Below, piece after piece: positions 1 through 10,105 of a stretch of DNA of 64,000 nt. The notes under the pieces are model-generated. The model was not told where the DNA came from. It saw only the letters and a program-made list of their open reading frames with translations, and ran no database searches. This stretch comes from Brevibacterium luteolum (GTDB lineage: Bacteria > Actinomycetota > Actinomycetes > Actinomycetales > Brevibacteriaceae), in NCBI RefSeq assembly GCF_013004595.1, contig NZ_JABEMC010000010.1:1-64000 (forward strand). The letters are read 5' to 3'. The translations under genes were made by a program, and so were the position numbers. How positions within the stretch are numbered: the stretch's first letter is position 1; each line of letters opens with the position of its first letter.

Positions 1-132
1 TCCAGTGAAGCCGAGCGGGAAGCCGCCTACGAGACGTTCCTCCACGACTACAATCAGCATCGAGCCCACACCGCTATCGGAGGCCTCACCCCAGCCGACC
101 GCGTTCACAACCTCACGGGGAACTACATCTAG
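1..132 (+). mobile_element. 3' end of an IS481-family transposase and right end of the element (element ends ...GGGAACTACA at 127)
   Basis: Frame 1 reads SSEAEREAAYETFLHDYNQHRAHTAIGGLTPADRVHNLTGNYI*, a typical IS481 C-terminus running into the ACA end. It is followed by TCTAGG, an NCTAGN-type target. Confidence 0.85.
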
Positions 133-154
133 GAACTAAACCCAGGACGGTTCA
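128..154 (-). mobile_element. Terminal inverted repeat of a second IS3-family element, interrupted by IS481
   Basis: Minus strand reads TGAACCGTCCTGGGTTTAGTTCCTAGA; TGAACCG is a typical IS3/IS51-group terminus. It begins exactly where IS3 orfA similarity stops. Confidence 0.7.
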
Positions 155-374
155 AGGGCTCGAGGCCGTGCTCGCGCAGGCGGGAGTCACGGACCCAGGC
201 TTGCAGGGCTGATTTCGAGATCCCGAGGTCAGCACAGACCTGCTTCTGGGTCATTCCGTCGCCTACGAGCTCGAGCGCTGATTGCTTGAACTCATCGGTG
301 TAGATCTTGGGCATGACCTCTCACCTTCCTGGAATTTATCCAGTCGTGAAGTCAACCAAACCTTCAGCAGTCCC
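155..374 (-). mobile_element. Truncated IS3-family element: left end plus orfA fragment (ATG at 314)
   Basis: MPKIYTDEFKQSALELV...QVCADLGISKSALQAWVR is an IS3 OrfA helix-turn-helix. RBS GGAAGG upstream; probable end GGGACTGCTGAAGG at 374-361. Confidence 0.85.
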
Positions 375-738
375 GTGAGGCCGGCGACCGTGAGCGAGCC
401 GAGGAACTCGATGGCGACGGCGGTGCCGAGCGGGATGCGTGCCATAGCGGCGAGGAAGAACGTCGTCATGAAGCCGGTGACGATGCCGAGGACGAGCAGG
501 GCCGGCAGGTGGCGCAGCCTCAGGCTGCGCAGTGCAGGGCGGGGCGAGCGATGAGCCACAGGAACACGATGCCGAAGCTCATCCGAGGCGACGCCGTGCC
601 GGCCGGATCCACCTGGGCGATGACCGGTACGGACAGTGCGTTGGAGATCTGCACGGCGAGCATCGCCGCGACTGCCCTCGTCCACGGCAGCACCGTCGAC
701 GGTGCTGCTGCCGGCACGGCGGCCTGACGTCTGCTCAC
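375..738 (-). pseudogene. EamA/RhtA-like transporter pseudogene, frameshifted and IS-truncated
   Basis: Two frames give AMLAVQISNALS...FGIVFLWLIARP and LPALLVLGIVTGFMTTFFLAAMARIPLGTAVAIEFLG; the RIPLGTAVAIEFLG motif is RhtA-like. Cut at the IS3 end. Confidence 0.75.
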
Positions 739-908
739 GGCTGCAGGAAACCGGTCGGGGCTGTCCGCGGTGGTGTCGTCTCAGACATGGCGGGATCCTC
801 TCGGTCGCCGGCGCTGCTTAGGTGCCCGGAAGCGGGTACTCGGGCACACCTCGGGCGCGGTGAGCAGGTTCCCGGACACCGCGGCTCCAGCACGTCCGGG
901 CGCGGTGC

Positions 909-1277
909 TCACAAGGCGAGGGCGTCGAACAGGATCGGATACAGCGGCAGCTGGAGCACACCGATGAGCAGGAAGATCGCAGTGGCGACGAAGCCGAGCA
1001 CCATCGCAGCGGTGGCGAACCGACGGCCCCGGCGGTGCTGCCGCAATCCGAACAGTGCGACGGCGAGCGCGATCACGAAACCGAGCAGCTGGCCGATGAG
1101 CGCCGTCCACAGAATGATCCAGTTGAACCGGTATTCCGGTTCGGGTCCGAAGACGCCGTCGAGCGTATGGGTCATCGTGACACCGAGGCCGAGGTAGCCC
1201 ACGGTTGCCAGGCCGCCGGCAAGCGCCAGGAACGACCAGGCCAGCACCGCGATGCCGGCCGGGAACCACAGCGTCAT
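909..1277 (-). CDS. Hypothetical membrane protein with about 3 TM segments; start uncertain
   Basis: Hydrophobic ORF MTLWFPAGIAVLAWSFL... downstream of aqpZ. Confidence 0.6.
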   Translation of the reverse strand: MTLWFPAGIAVLAWSFLALAGGLATVGYLGLGVTMTHTLDGVFGPEPEYRFNWIILWTALIGQLLGFVIALAVALFGLRQHRRGRRFATAAMVLGFVATAIFLLIGVLQLPLYPILFDALAL

Positions 1278-1381
1278 CCTCGGCTGCGTCGGGGGTGCGG
1301 GGGTCGCGAGTCCAGCTGGGGCGGCCGATGTGTACCGTCCTGCTCGGGCGGGTGGACGGGGTGGTGGAGCGGGTGGCGGGT

Positions 1382-2164
1382 TCAGAGGTTCTCCCGTGTG
1401 AGGTCGGCGGGCCTGGAGGCGCGCTCTTCGAGGATCTCGGATCGGTTGGCGAACAGCAGTCCGTAGGTGAGCCCGGCGAATGCGGCTCCGGCGAGCGGGG
1501 CGAGGAAGAACAGCCATACCTGACTCAGCGGCTCGCCGCCTGCGAAGAGTGCCACGCCGAGCGAGCGAGCCGGGTTGACGGAGGTGTTCGATACCGGGAT
1601 CGAGACGAGGTGGATGAGGGTGAGGCTCAGGCCGATGGCCAGTGGGGCGAGCCCTGGGACTGCGCGGCTGTCGGTGGCGCCGAGGATGACGTAGAGGAAG
1701 ATGGCGGTGAGTACGAACTCGCAGATGAACACGGCCATCAGAGAGTATCCGTTCGGCGACAGGTCACCGTAGCCGTTCGTGGCGAAACCGTCTTGAGCGA
1801 TGGAGAATCCCGGCTTGCCCGAGGCGATGAGCAGCAACACCCCGCCTGCGGCGATTCCGGCGATGAGCTGAGTGAACCAGTACGGCGCAGCATCGCGCCA
1901 CGGCAGCCGGCCGGCCAGCACCGCACCAAGGGTGACGGCCGGATTGAAGTGGCCGCCGGAGATGTGGCCGACAGCGTAGGCCATGACAACGACTGTCAGA
2001 CCGAAGGCAAGGGCGACACCGAGGAAGCCGATGCCCATATTGATGTTGTCATCACCGACTACGGACGCGGCGAAGACCGCTGAGCCGCAGCCGCCGAAGA
2101 CGAGAACGAATGTGCCGAGGAATTCGGCGAAGATCTTTGACATCAGAGTTGGAGCTTTCATCAT
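1382..2164 (-). CDS. aqpZ: Aquaporin Z
   Basis: [26 protein letters not shown] and [10 protein letters not shown] (two NPA motifs). Confidence 0.95.
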   Translation of the reverse strand: MMKAPTLMSKIFAEFLGTFVLVFGGCGSAVFAASVVGDDNINMGIGFLGVALAFGLTVVVMAYAVGHISGGHFNPAVTLGAVLAGRLPWRDAAPYWFTQLIAGIAAGGVLLLIASGKPGFSIAQDGFATNGYGDLSPNGYSLMAVFICEFVLTAIFLYVILGATDSRAVPGLAPLAIGLSLTLIHLVSIPVSNTSVNPARSLGVALFAGGEPLSQVWLFFLAPLAGAAFAGLTYGLLFANRSEILEERASRPADLTRENL

Positions 2165-2660
2165 CGGCCTTTCGCGCCATACACCAGGCAACCACGCCAG
2201 CACCTGGATTCCAGGATACTGCATCGACCGGCGCAGTTGCGCCGGCTCCCCAGGCTGAGAGCTTGACAGCGCTCATCACCCAGTACGAGCTGTCGAAGCC
2301 GTCGGCAAGCACCGTTGCCTCGATGTCCCTGCCGGTGACGTCGATGACCCAGGTGGGCTTCATGACCGGCTGCGGGCTCGCAGTCGCAAGCTCGAAGCCC
2401 ATCCCGAACCGGAACCGTTTGCGCACGGCGGTGGCAGCCAGCTGGCGGGCGGTGTCTGCGCCGGTACCGTCTGGTTGTTCACCCAGCACGGCGACAGGTG
2501 GGGGCCAGATCGCCGACGACGAAACACTGGAGATGAAGCTCGTGCCACCCGTGGCATCGACCATCACAGTGATCGGCGGCGTGGGGGTCTGCTCGTGGTT
2601 CGCACCGGAGACCGCCATTTCCGAGTTCACCAGATTCGGCAGCAGCACGAGCGCCATGAC

Positions 2661-2682
2661 CAGCCACACCTTCAGCAGTCCC
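2661..2682. repeat. Solo copy of the IS-end sequence seen at 353-374
   Basis: CAGCCACACCTTCAGCAGTCCC versus CAACCAAACCTTCAGCAGTCCC: 20/22 identical, same orientation. Confidence 0.7.
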
Positions 2683-2791
2683 ATTTTTACCTTCTGGCAA
2701 CCACGAGTGTTCAAGACTGGGTCATGTCCCGCTATTCGGGACGTCGGCATGAAGGCTGTCGACAGCAGACGCAATTGATGGAGGCGATGAG

Positions 2792-3313
2792 ATGCGTAAG
2801 ATCGTGACACCCCGTGTGGTTCAGGTTTCGGCGGCGCTGTGCGGTGCTGTGCTTATCCTCAGCGCATGCGGAGGCGCCAGCCAGGAGATGGATGAGGACA
2901 CTGGGGGCGGCGCTGACAGTGCATCGACCGTTGAACAGTGGCAACATGACTTCACCGGCTGCATGAGCGATGAGGGAATCGAACTCGCCGAAGGCGGCGG
3001 CATTCCCGTCAACGCCGATGGTTCCTTCGGAGGTAGCGAAGACAGCGGCGACTTCGACAGGGCTCTGCAAGCCTGTGAAGAGAAACTCGGCCCGCCGCCG
3101 CAGGACGCGGAAGCCATCAGCGACGATGAGCTCGAGGCCCAGCTGCTGAGATTCGCCAAGTGCATGCGCGAAGCCGGCTACGATGCGCCGGATCCGGACT
3201 TCGGCTCGGGTGACGGGCCGGTCATCAGCGGTGTGCCTGACGCTGACCCGGAGGACGTCGAGCAGTGCTCAGCTGAGGCTGGCCTTCAGGCCGGCGCAGG
3301 TGTGGAGCAGTGA
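2792..3313 (+). CDS. Lipoprotein, first gene of the ABC exporter operon
   Basis: Signal peptide with LSAC lipobox, acidic body, FAKCMREAG motif; overlaps the next gene (GTGA). Confidence 0.8.
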   Translation: MRKIVTPRVVQVSAALCGAVLILSACGGASQEMDEDTGGGADSASTVEQWQHDFTGCMSDEGIELAEGGGIPVNADGSFGGSEDSGDFDRALQACEEKLGPPPQDAEAISDDELEAQLLRFAKCMREAGYDAPDPDFGSGDGPVISGVPDADPEDVEQCSAEAGLQAGAGVEQ

Positions 3314-4368
3314 CCGCGCGCAAACGTCGCGCTGTTATCGTCTCGCTGATCGCAGCTGGCCTGCTGGCATCTGGTGCAGGTGGCTTCGCAATGGCTAGTA
3401 GGGTGCAGGACGAGGCCCCGGCGGCTGTGTCTGCGGCCGTCGAGACCGAAACCGCTGAGACAACCGATCTCACAGAACGCGTCGAGGTCAAAGGTACGCT
3501 CGGCTACGGGCCGACCCGCGAGCTCGGCACCGGGTTGTCGGGCACTTTGACATCTGTCGCGGACCCCGGAGACACTCTGCGGCCAGGCGATGAGCTGATG
3601 CGCATCGACGACCGGCCCGTCGTGGCGATGCGCGGTAAGCTGCCGGCGTGGCGGGACTTCGAGATGGGTATTTCGAAGGGCCGCGATGTCAAACAGCTGG
3701 AGGAGAACCTCGCCGAGCTCGGCTACTTCAAAGGCAAGCCAAACCAGCGCTTCGACCGCTCAACTGCAGCTGCGATCGGCCGGTGGCAGAAGGCCGTCGG
3801 CCTACCGCGCAATCAGAAGATCGAGCGTGGGCGAGTGGTCTTCCTGCCACGGGACGCGCGAGTCCACAAGCAGCTGGTGGAAGCTGGCGGACAGACCGGC
3901 GGCAGTGTCCTCGAATTGACTGACGCAACTCTGTTCGCCACCGCGGAGGTGCAGCCCAAACAGCTGGATCTGCTGCAGGAAGGTCAAGAGGTCACAGTCG
4001 GTCTGCCCAACGGCAAACAGACTGAAGGCGTCGTCGAGAAGGTCGAACCTGCGGTTGAGAAGGCGGACAGCTCGGGAGAGAAGAGCGTCAAGGTTCCAGT
4101 GCGGGTGGCGCTTAAGGATCCGCCCTCTGCCGACTCCTATGCGAACGTTCCCGTCAGTGTGCTGGCTTCGCGAACCGTTGCCGAGAATGTACTTGCGGTT
4201 CCGGTGCGTGCCCTTCTCGCCGAGCCCGGCGGAGGATTCACCCTCGAAGTGGTCAAAGACGATGCTGTTGAGCGAGTTCCGGTGGAACTGGGAAGGTTCG
4301 CCGATGACATGGTAGAGATCACCGGTGGCGAACTGGCAGCCGGCGACCAGGTGGCGGTGGGGGAATAA
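3310..4368 (+). CDS. Peptidoglycan-binding domain / membrane-fusion (MacA-like) adaptor protein
   Basis: N-terminal TM, GRDVKQLEENLAELGY...AAIGRWQ PG-binding motif, C-terminal VEITGGELAAGDQV. Confidence 0.85.
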   Translation: MTARKRRAVIVSLIAAGLLASGAGGFAMASRVQDEAPAAVSAAVETETAETTDLTERVEVKGTLGYGPTRELGTGLSGTLTSVADPGDTLRPGDELMRIDDRPVVAMRGKLPAWRDFEMGISKGRDVKQLEENLAELGYFKGKPNQRFDRSTAAAIGRWQKAVGLPRNQKIERGRVVFLPRDARVHKQLVEAGGQTGGSVLELTDATLFATAEVQPKQLDLLQEGQEVTVGLPNGKQTEGVVEKVEPAVEKADSSGEKSVKVPVRVALKDPPSADSYANVPVSVLASRTVAENVLAVPVRALLAEPGGGFTLEVVKDDAVERVPVELGRFADDMVEITGGELAAGDQVAVGE

Positions 4369-5075
4369 TGCCTCCGGATCCGCTTCTGTCCGTACAGAAC
4401 GTCTCACGCCGCTACGGGTCTCCTCCGACGACGGCGCTTGATTCGGTGAGCTTCGACGTCCACGCAGGCGAGCGCGTCGCCATCATTGGGCCGAGCGGTT
4501 CGGGCAAGACGACGCTGCTCAACCTCATCGGCACGCTCGACCGGGCCACGAGTGGAGAGGTGCTGCTCGCAGGTCACCGCGTCTCAGATGCCAGTGACGC
4601 CCAGCTGTCGGCGCTGCGGGCGCACCTCATCGGATTCGTCTTCCAGCAGTATCACCTGGACGAGTCGCAGACCGCAGTCGACAACGTCGCATCCGGTCTG
4701 CTGTACCGCGGGACTGCCGTGCACGAACGGCGAGAACGCGCGAATGAGGCCCTGGCGCGCGTCGGTTTGTCCCAGAGCGCCGGGCACATCCCGAAACAGC
4801 TCTCAGGCGGGCAGCGGCAGCGGGTGGCGATTGCACGTGCGGTTGTCGGTCACCCACCGCTGCTGCTGGCAGACGAACCGACCGGTGCTCTGGACACACG
4901 CTCAGGCGCCCAGGTCATGGACATCCTCGAAAACCTCAATGCGGCCGGCACCACCGTGCTGGTGATCACCCATGACAGGGAAGTCGCTGCACGGTTCCCA
5001 CGCCAGATCGCGATCCGCGACGGTGCTGTCGAATTCGATACCGGCCCTGTGCTGCACGAAAGTGATACGAAATGA
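4368..5075 (+). CDS. ABC transporter ATP-binding protein (LolD/MacB-like)
   Basis: GPSGSGKT, LSGGQRQR, LLADEPTGALD. Confidence 0.95.
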   Translation: MPPDPLLSVQNVSRRYGSPPTTALDSVSFDVHAGERVAIIGPSGSGKTTLLNLIGTLDRATSGEVLLAGHRVSDASDAQLSALRAHLIGFVFQQYHLDESQTAVDNVASGLLYRGTAVHERRERANEALARVGLSQSAGHIPKQLSGGQRQRVAIARAVVGHPPLLLADEPTGALDTRSGAQVMDILENLNAAGTTVLVITHDREVAARFPRQIAIRDGAVEFDTGPVLHESDTK

Positions 5076-6271
5076 GCGCTCCCACCGCCATACACACCTC
5101 GCGCCTGCGCGGCATCGATCTGATGCGCCTGGGCTGGCACGGTGTCCGCGCCCATCCAGCCCGTGCGACTCTCTCCGCCTTAGGAATCGCCATCGGCATC
5201 GCTGCAATGATCTCAGTCATCGGACTCTCTCTGTCGAGCCAGGCCAAAGTGCAGGAGCAGCTGGCAGCGCTTGGCACCAATATGCTGACTGTATCCCCCG
5301 GAGAGTCCTTCAGCGGCCGTAAGGCCTCACTGCCTGCCGACTCTGCAGAGCGCCTGCGGCGCATCAACGGCGTCGAACAGGTCAGTTGGATCGCCGAGCT
5401 GGAAGGCGCGCAGGCATACCGCAACACCCACATCGACCCCCGCCAGACGAACGGGCTGACGGTCGCTGCGGCAGATGAACAGCTGCTCAGGGTCACCTCG
5501 GCTCAGCTTCGGAACGGGACCTGGTTCAACCGCGCCACCGCCCAGTACCCCACCACTGTGCTCGGTGCCACCGCAGCCAAACGCCTCGGGATCGCTGCAC
5601 CCGGATCGCACATCACTGTCGACGGTGTCGGCTATGCGGTACTTGGGATTCTCGAGCCCTCGGCCTTGGCCCCGGAGCTCAACACATCTGTGCTCGTCGG
5701 TGGAGCCCAAGCTCGACAGCAGCTGGGGTTCTCGGGCTCACCGACGACCCTTTTCGAACGTTCAGCGGAGGACTCCGTCCCTCAGGTGCGCGAGCTCATT
5801 CCTTCGACGCTGAACGCGCAGCGACCCAATGAGGTCAGCGTCAGCCGGCCGTCTGACACCCTCGCTGCGCAGAACGCCATCGACACCGTGTTCACCGGCC
5901 TGCTCGTCGGCGTCGGGTCGATTGCGCTGCTCGTCGGCGGCCTCGGCGTAGCGAACATCATGGTAATCACCGTGATGGAGCGGAGGCGGGAGATCGGCCT
6001 GCGCAGGGCACTGGGCGCCACCCGGGCGCACATCCGCAAGCAGTTCATGGTTGAATCGGTGCTGTTGGCGACTTACGGCGGCCTGGCCGGAACCGTGCTC
6101 GGCGTCATGTGCACAATCATCGTATCGATCATCAATGGCTGGACACCGACGGTTCCACTCATCGTCCCGCTGCTCGCCGTCACCATCACCCTCATCGTCG
6201 GCGCCGTCGCTGGTGTGGTGCCGGCAATCAGGGCAGCCAACACTTCGCCGACAGCGGCACTGAACACATGA
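5072..6271 (+). CDS. ABC transporter permease (MacB/FtsX family)
   Basis: LGIAIGIAA N-terminal TM, ERRREIGLRRALGA, three C-terminal TMs. Confidence 0.93.
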   Translation: MSAPTAIHTSRLRGIDLMRLGWHGVRAHPARATLSALGIAIGIAAMISVIGLSLSSQAKVQEQLAALGTNMLTVSPGESFSGRKASLPADSAERLRRINGVEQVSWIAELEGAQAYRNTHIDPRQTNGLTVAAADEQLLRVTSAQLRNGTWFNRATAQYPTTVLGATAAKRLGIAAPGSHITVDGVGYAVLGILEPSALAPELNTSVLVGGAQARQQLGFSGSPTTLFERSAEDSVPQVRELIPSTLNAQRPNEVSVSRPSDTLAAQNAIDTVFTGLLVGVGSIALLVGGLGVANIMVITVMERRREIGLRRALGATRAHIRKQFMVESVLLATYGGLAGTVLGVMCTIIVSIINGWTPTVPLIVPLLAVTITLIVGAVAGVVPAIRAANTSPTAALNT

Positions 6272-6305
6272 TGCTGTCCAACGCACCCACCACTCGGAGG
6301 CGACC

Positions 6306-6992
6306 ATGCGGGTATTGATCGTTGAAGACCAGGAGTATATGGCCGAGGCCATCCGCGAAGGCCTCGCACTGTCGTTGATCTTCGCCGATGTTGTTTCGGA
6401 TGGACATGAGGCGCTGGCTGCAGTCGAGGCTGCCGAGTACGATGTGATGCTGCTCGACCGGGATATCCCTGGAGTCCATGGCGACGAAGTGTGCCGCAGG
6501 CTCGACCAGGCAGCTGATCGACCGGCGATACTCATGGTCACGGCTGCTGGCCAGGTGCAGGAGAAGGTCGAGGGGCTGTCCTTGGGCGCGGATGACTATC
6601 TGGCCAAGCCGTTCGAATTCGTCGAGCTGGTCGCGCGCGTACGGGCGCTGGGCCGCCGGCGCTTCACACCCCGCCCCACCCGATACCACGCAGGCGGCGT
6701 GACGCTCGACCCGTTCCGGCACGAGGTGACCCGAAACGGCCGGCAGATCCGGCTGACCCCCAAGCAGTTCGCGGTCCTGGAATCGCTCATGCGCGAGCCC
6801 GGCCGGGTGGTGAGCGCTGAACAGCTGCTGACCGAGGCCTGGGACGAGAACGCCAATCCCTTCACACAATCGGTGAAGGTCACGATCAGCGCCCTGCGCC
6901 GCAGGCTTGGCGACCCCTGGATGATCAGGACCGTACCGGGTGCCGGCTATACGGTCGATCCGGACGTTCCAGACGAGACGGCAGGTACATGA
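6306..6992 (+). CDS. OmpR-family response regulator
   Basis: MRVLIVED, LLDRDIPG, GADDYLAKPF, IRTVPGAGY. Confidence 0.95.
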   Translation: MRVLIVEDQEYMAEAIREGLALSLIFADVVSDGHEALAAVEAAEYDVMLLDRDIPGVHGDEVCRRLDQAADRPAILMVTAAGQVQEKVEGLSLGADDYLAKPFEFVELVARVRALGRRRFTPRPTRYHAGGVTLDPFRHEVTRNGRQIRLTPKQFAVLESLMREPGRVVSAEQLLTEAWDENANPFTQSVKVTISALRRRLGDPWMIRTVPGAGYTVDPDVPDETAGT

Positions 6993-8236
6993 TGGCCACC
7001 AAACAGAGCGGCCGGTTGCCTCGCCACCACCGGTTCAGTGCCCGTACCCGGTTGGCGTTCTCCTATGCGGTGCTCGTCATCATCTGCGGTGTCGTGTTGC
7101 TGACGGTGCTTGTGGCCTATCTGGGGTTCGGCCCCGAATACTCCTTCGGACCGGTTGCCGCTCATGACGACGGGGAGTCGGTGATCATCGTTCCCGACCA
7201 CCCGGAAGGCGGCAGCTTTGCGGTCGAGGTGCAGAGCCGAGAAGATCTCATCACACTGCTCATCACCGTCTCTGCAGTGGTGCTCACAGCACTCTCTGCG
7301 CTGAGTTCTGTGGCCGCATGGTGGCTCGCCGGGCGGATGCTGCGTCCCCTCGCACGCATCAACGAGGCCGCCCGGATTGCAGCCAGCGGGCGCTTGGACC
7401 ACCGGATCGGTCTCAGCGGGCCGCGCGATGAGATCGTGAACCTGGCACAGACCTTCGATGCGATGCTCGACAGCATCGAACGTTACAACGCCTCACAGCG
7501 CAGATTCGCGGCCAACGCCTCGCATGAGCTGCGCACTCCGCTGGCAGCGACGAAGACGATCATCGACGTTGAGCTGGCTAAGCCGGATCCAGTCAATCGG
7601 GAGGTGCTCGAACGTCTGGCGCACCTCAACGCGCGCAGCACACGCACCGTCGAGTCACTGCTGGATCTCGCCGAAATCGAAGCCGGCGAGGAACAGACAA
7701 CTGCGGTCGAGCTCGATGAGATCGCCAGCGAAGTTATCGACCAGTATGTCCCCGCTGCCTCTGCACGGGGGCTCAGCGTCGAACGCCGTTTGGCTCCAGC
7801 CGTTGCACAGGGTGAGGGGCGGCTGCTCATCCAGATGGTGCAGAACCTGGTTGAGAATGCGGTCCGACACAACTGTGACGACGGTCTCATCAGGGTGTGC
7901 ACTGCCATGGTGCCGGCTGCTGAGGGAGCAGCAGAAGCGCAGCTGCTGATTGAGAGCTCCGGCCGACGCCTCGACCCCAAGGTGGTCGCCGGTCTGACCG
8001 AGCCGTTTCGCACTGGGCAGGGGAGAGCGGCTGGAAACAGCCGAGGGTTGGGGCTGGCGATCGTCGCAGCGATCGTCGATCGCTCACACGGCAGACTCGA
8101 TCTCGCTGCCCGTCCCGGCGGCGGGCTGATCGTGACCGTCACTCTGCCTCGTGCTGAGGCCAATCCAGCTGCAGCCACAGCGCAGGCAGGGGCTGCAGAT
8201 CCGAAAGCTGGAGGTTTATCCTCAGCCCGTGAGTGA
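6989..8236 (+). CDS. Sensor histidine kinase with HAMP domain
   Basis: Two TMs, ANASHELRTPL H-box, NLVENA N-box, GLGLAIV G-box. Confidence 0.95.
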   Translation: MMATKQSGRLPRHHRFSARTRLAFSYAVLVIICGVVLLTVLVAYLGFGPEYSFGPVAAHDDGESVIIVPDHPEGGSFAVEVQSREDLITLLITVSAVVLTALSALSSVAAWWLAGRMLRPLARINEAARIAASGRLDHRIGLSGPRDEIVNLAQTFDAMLDSIERYNASQRRFAANASHELRTPLAATKTIIDVELAKPDPVNREVLERLAHLNARSTRTVESLLDLAEIEAGEEQTTAVELDEIASEVIDQYVPAASARGLSVERRLAPAVAQGEGRLLIQMVQNLVENAVRHNCDDGLIRVCTAMVPAAEGAAEAQLLIESSGRRLDPKVVAGLTEPFRTGQGRAAGNSRGLGLAIVAAIVDRSHGRLDLAARPGGGLIVTVTLPRAEANPAAATAQAGAADPKAGGLSSARE

Positions 8237-8651
8237 GCAAGCGGAGACTCTGTCTGCATTCTCCGCTGATCGCTTCGACACCTGTCGTGCCGCGGGCACG
8301 AAGATCCTCGCCGGCCGGCCATGCACCCGAGCCAGTCGGTGAGCACCCGGCCGGTCGTCAACGAGGCGACGAGGGTCTTGAACGACAACGTGTTGGTCCG
8401 TGTCGATTCGTCCGTGAGCCACACCTGCCGCACGCCCAGTGCCGCAGCTGCCGCAGGCAGCTTCCGCAGCGGTGTCGGCGCAGTCCCGGTGCCGCGTGCG
8501 GGCAGCGTGTGAGCAGCGCTTGCGCTGTGAGCGTGGCCGCGCGTATGACCCAGCATGAGCTGCCGCCGTCACCAGCCAGCGGCTGGAGACTGCGGCCATC
8601 GACTCATGTCTATCGCTCATATCCCAGTCACGCACAGACTGCCGCGAGATC

Positions 8652-10061
8652 TCAATGAACCCGCTCGACGTAGTCGTCTGCGATGTCGAGGGCGCGGTCG
8701 ATGACGTTCAGGCCCTCGAGCACCTCGTCATCGGGGGTGTTGAGCGGTGGGACGACGTGGATGCGGTTGAAGTTGGTGAACGGCAGGACGCCGTTCTTCT
8801 TGATCTCCGCGCTCACGCGGTCCATCGCCTCCGATGAGCCGCCGTAGGGGGCCAGCGGTTCACGCGTCTCGGCGTTGGCCACCAGCTCGATGGCCCAGAA
8901 GCATCCCATGCCGCGCACCTCGCCGACAGACGGGTGGTTGGCTTCGATCTTCTCCAGGTACGGGCCGATGACTTCTGCTCCGAGCCGCTTAGCGTTCTCG
9001 ACCATCGCTTCATCGCGCATGGCGTTGATGGTGGCGACCGCTGCTGCTGTGGCCAGCGGGTGTCCGGAGTAGGTGAGCCCGCCGGGGTATGCGCGCTCAG
9101 CGAATGTCTGACGGATCTCGTCGGAGATGATGACACCGCCTAAGGGTACGTATCCTGAGTTCACGCCCTTGGCGAAGGTGATGAGATCGGGTGTCACACC
9201 CCAGTGGTCGATGGCGAACCACTCACCGGCGCGGCCGAATCCGGCCATCACCTCGTCGGCGATGTACATGATCCCGTACTTGCGGGTCAGCTCCCGGACG
9301 CCTGCGAGGTATCCCGGCGGCGGGGTGTAGATGCCGGCGGTGCCGGGAATCGACTCGAGCATGACGGCGGCGATGTTCTGGGGCCCTTCGAGCACGATCA
9401 TGTCTTCGAGGTGGCGCAGGGCGCGTTCGGTCTCTTCGGTCTCGTCGGCTGAGCCGAAGTACGAACGGTAGGTGTAGGCCGGCATGAAGTGCACGACGCC
9501 TGCACCAGGGGTGTCGTTGGCGAAGCGACGCGGGTCACCGGTGAGGTTGACCGCCAGTGTGGTGCCGCCGTGGAAGCTGCGGTAGGCGGTGAGCACCTTC
9601 TGACGGCCGGTGTGCAGGCGGGCCATGCGCACAGCATGCTCGTTCGCGTCAGCACCGCCGTTGGTGAAGAACACGCTGTTGAGACCCTCGGGCGCCAATT
9701 CGCTGATGAGCCGGGCAGCCTCGGAGCGGGCTTCGTTCGCGTGCGAGGGTGCGATCGTGCACAGGCGGGCTGCCTGATCCTGGATCGCCTTGACGACCGT
9801 CGGATGCTGGTGGCCGATGTTGGTGTTAACCAGCTGCGAGGAGAAGTCGATGTACTCGTTGCCATCGGCGTCCCACAGCCGAGATCCCTGGGCGGCTGCG
9901 ACTGCCATCGGGTCGATCGTGTCCTGGGCGGACCACGAATGGAAGACGTGCTTGCGGTCGAGTTCCTTGCCGCGCCGGGCCCGGTCCAGATCGTCCTGGG
10001 TGTACGGACGGCTGCCCGCCTCCTGCCTCTGGTCGCTGGCGGTGACATTCCGGTCTGTCAT
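8652..10061 (-). CDS. Class III PLP aminotransferase (omega-amino acid / beta-alanine / taurine type)
   Basis: FFTNGGADANE, SFHGGT, IADEVMAGFGRAG, DLITFAKG, GLTYSGHP. Confidence 0.92.
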   Translation of the reverse strand: MTDRNVTASDQRQEAGSRPYTQDDLDRARRGKELDRKHVFHSWSAQDTIDPMAVAAAQGSRLWDADGNEYIDFSSQLVNTNIGHQHPTVVKAIQDQAARLCTIAPSHANEARSEAARLISELAPEGLNSVFFTNGGADANEHAVRMARLHTGRQKVLTAYRSFHGGTTLAVNLTGDPRRFANDTPGAGVVHFMPAYTYRSYFGSADETEETERALRHLEDMIVLEGPQNIAAVMLESIPGTAGIYTPPPGYLAGVRELTRKYGIMYIADEVMAGFGRAGEWFAIDHWGVTPDLITFAKGVNSGYVPLGGVIISDEIRQTFAERAYPGGLTYSGHPLATAAAVATINAMRDEAMVENAKRLGAEVIGPYLEKIEANHPSVGEVRGMGCFWAIELVANAETREPLAPYGGSSEAMDRVSAEIKKNGVLPFTNFNRIHVVPPLNTPDDEVLEGLNVIDRALDIADDYVERVH

Positions 10062-10105
10062 GGTTTTCTCCTTTGAAGCTGCTGGCTGCGTGTCCGGTGC
10101 GGTGA

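Noticed and set aside
8237..8650. ORF-like stretch between the histidine kinase and the aminotransferase
   Set aside because: No frame gives a recognisable family or a good start; at most a decayed remnant.
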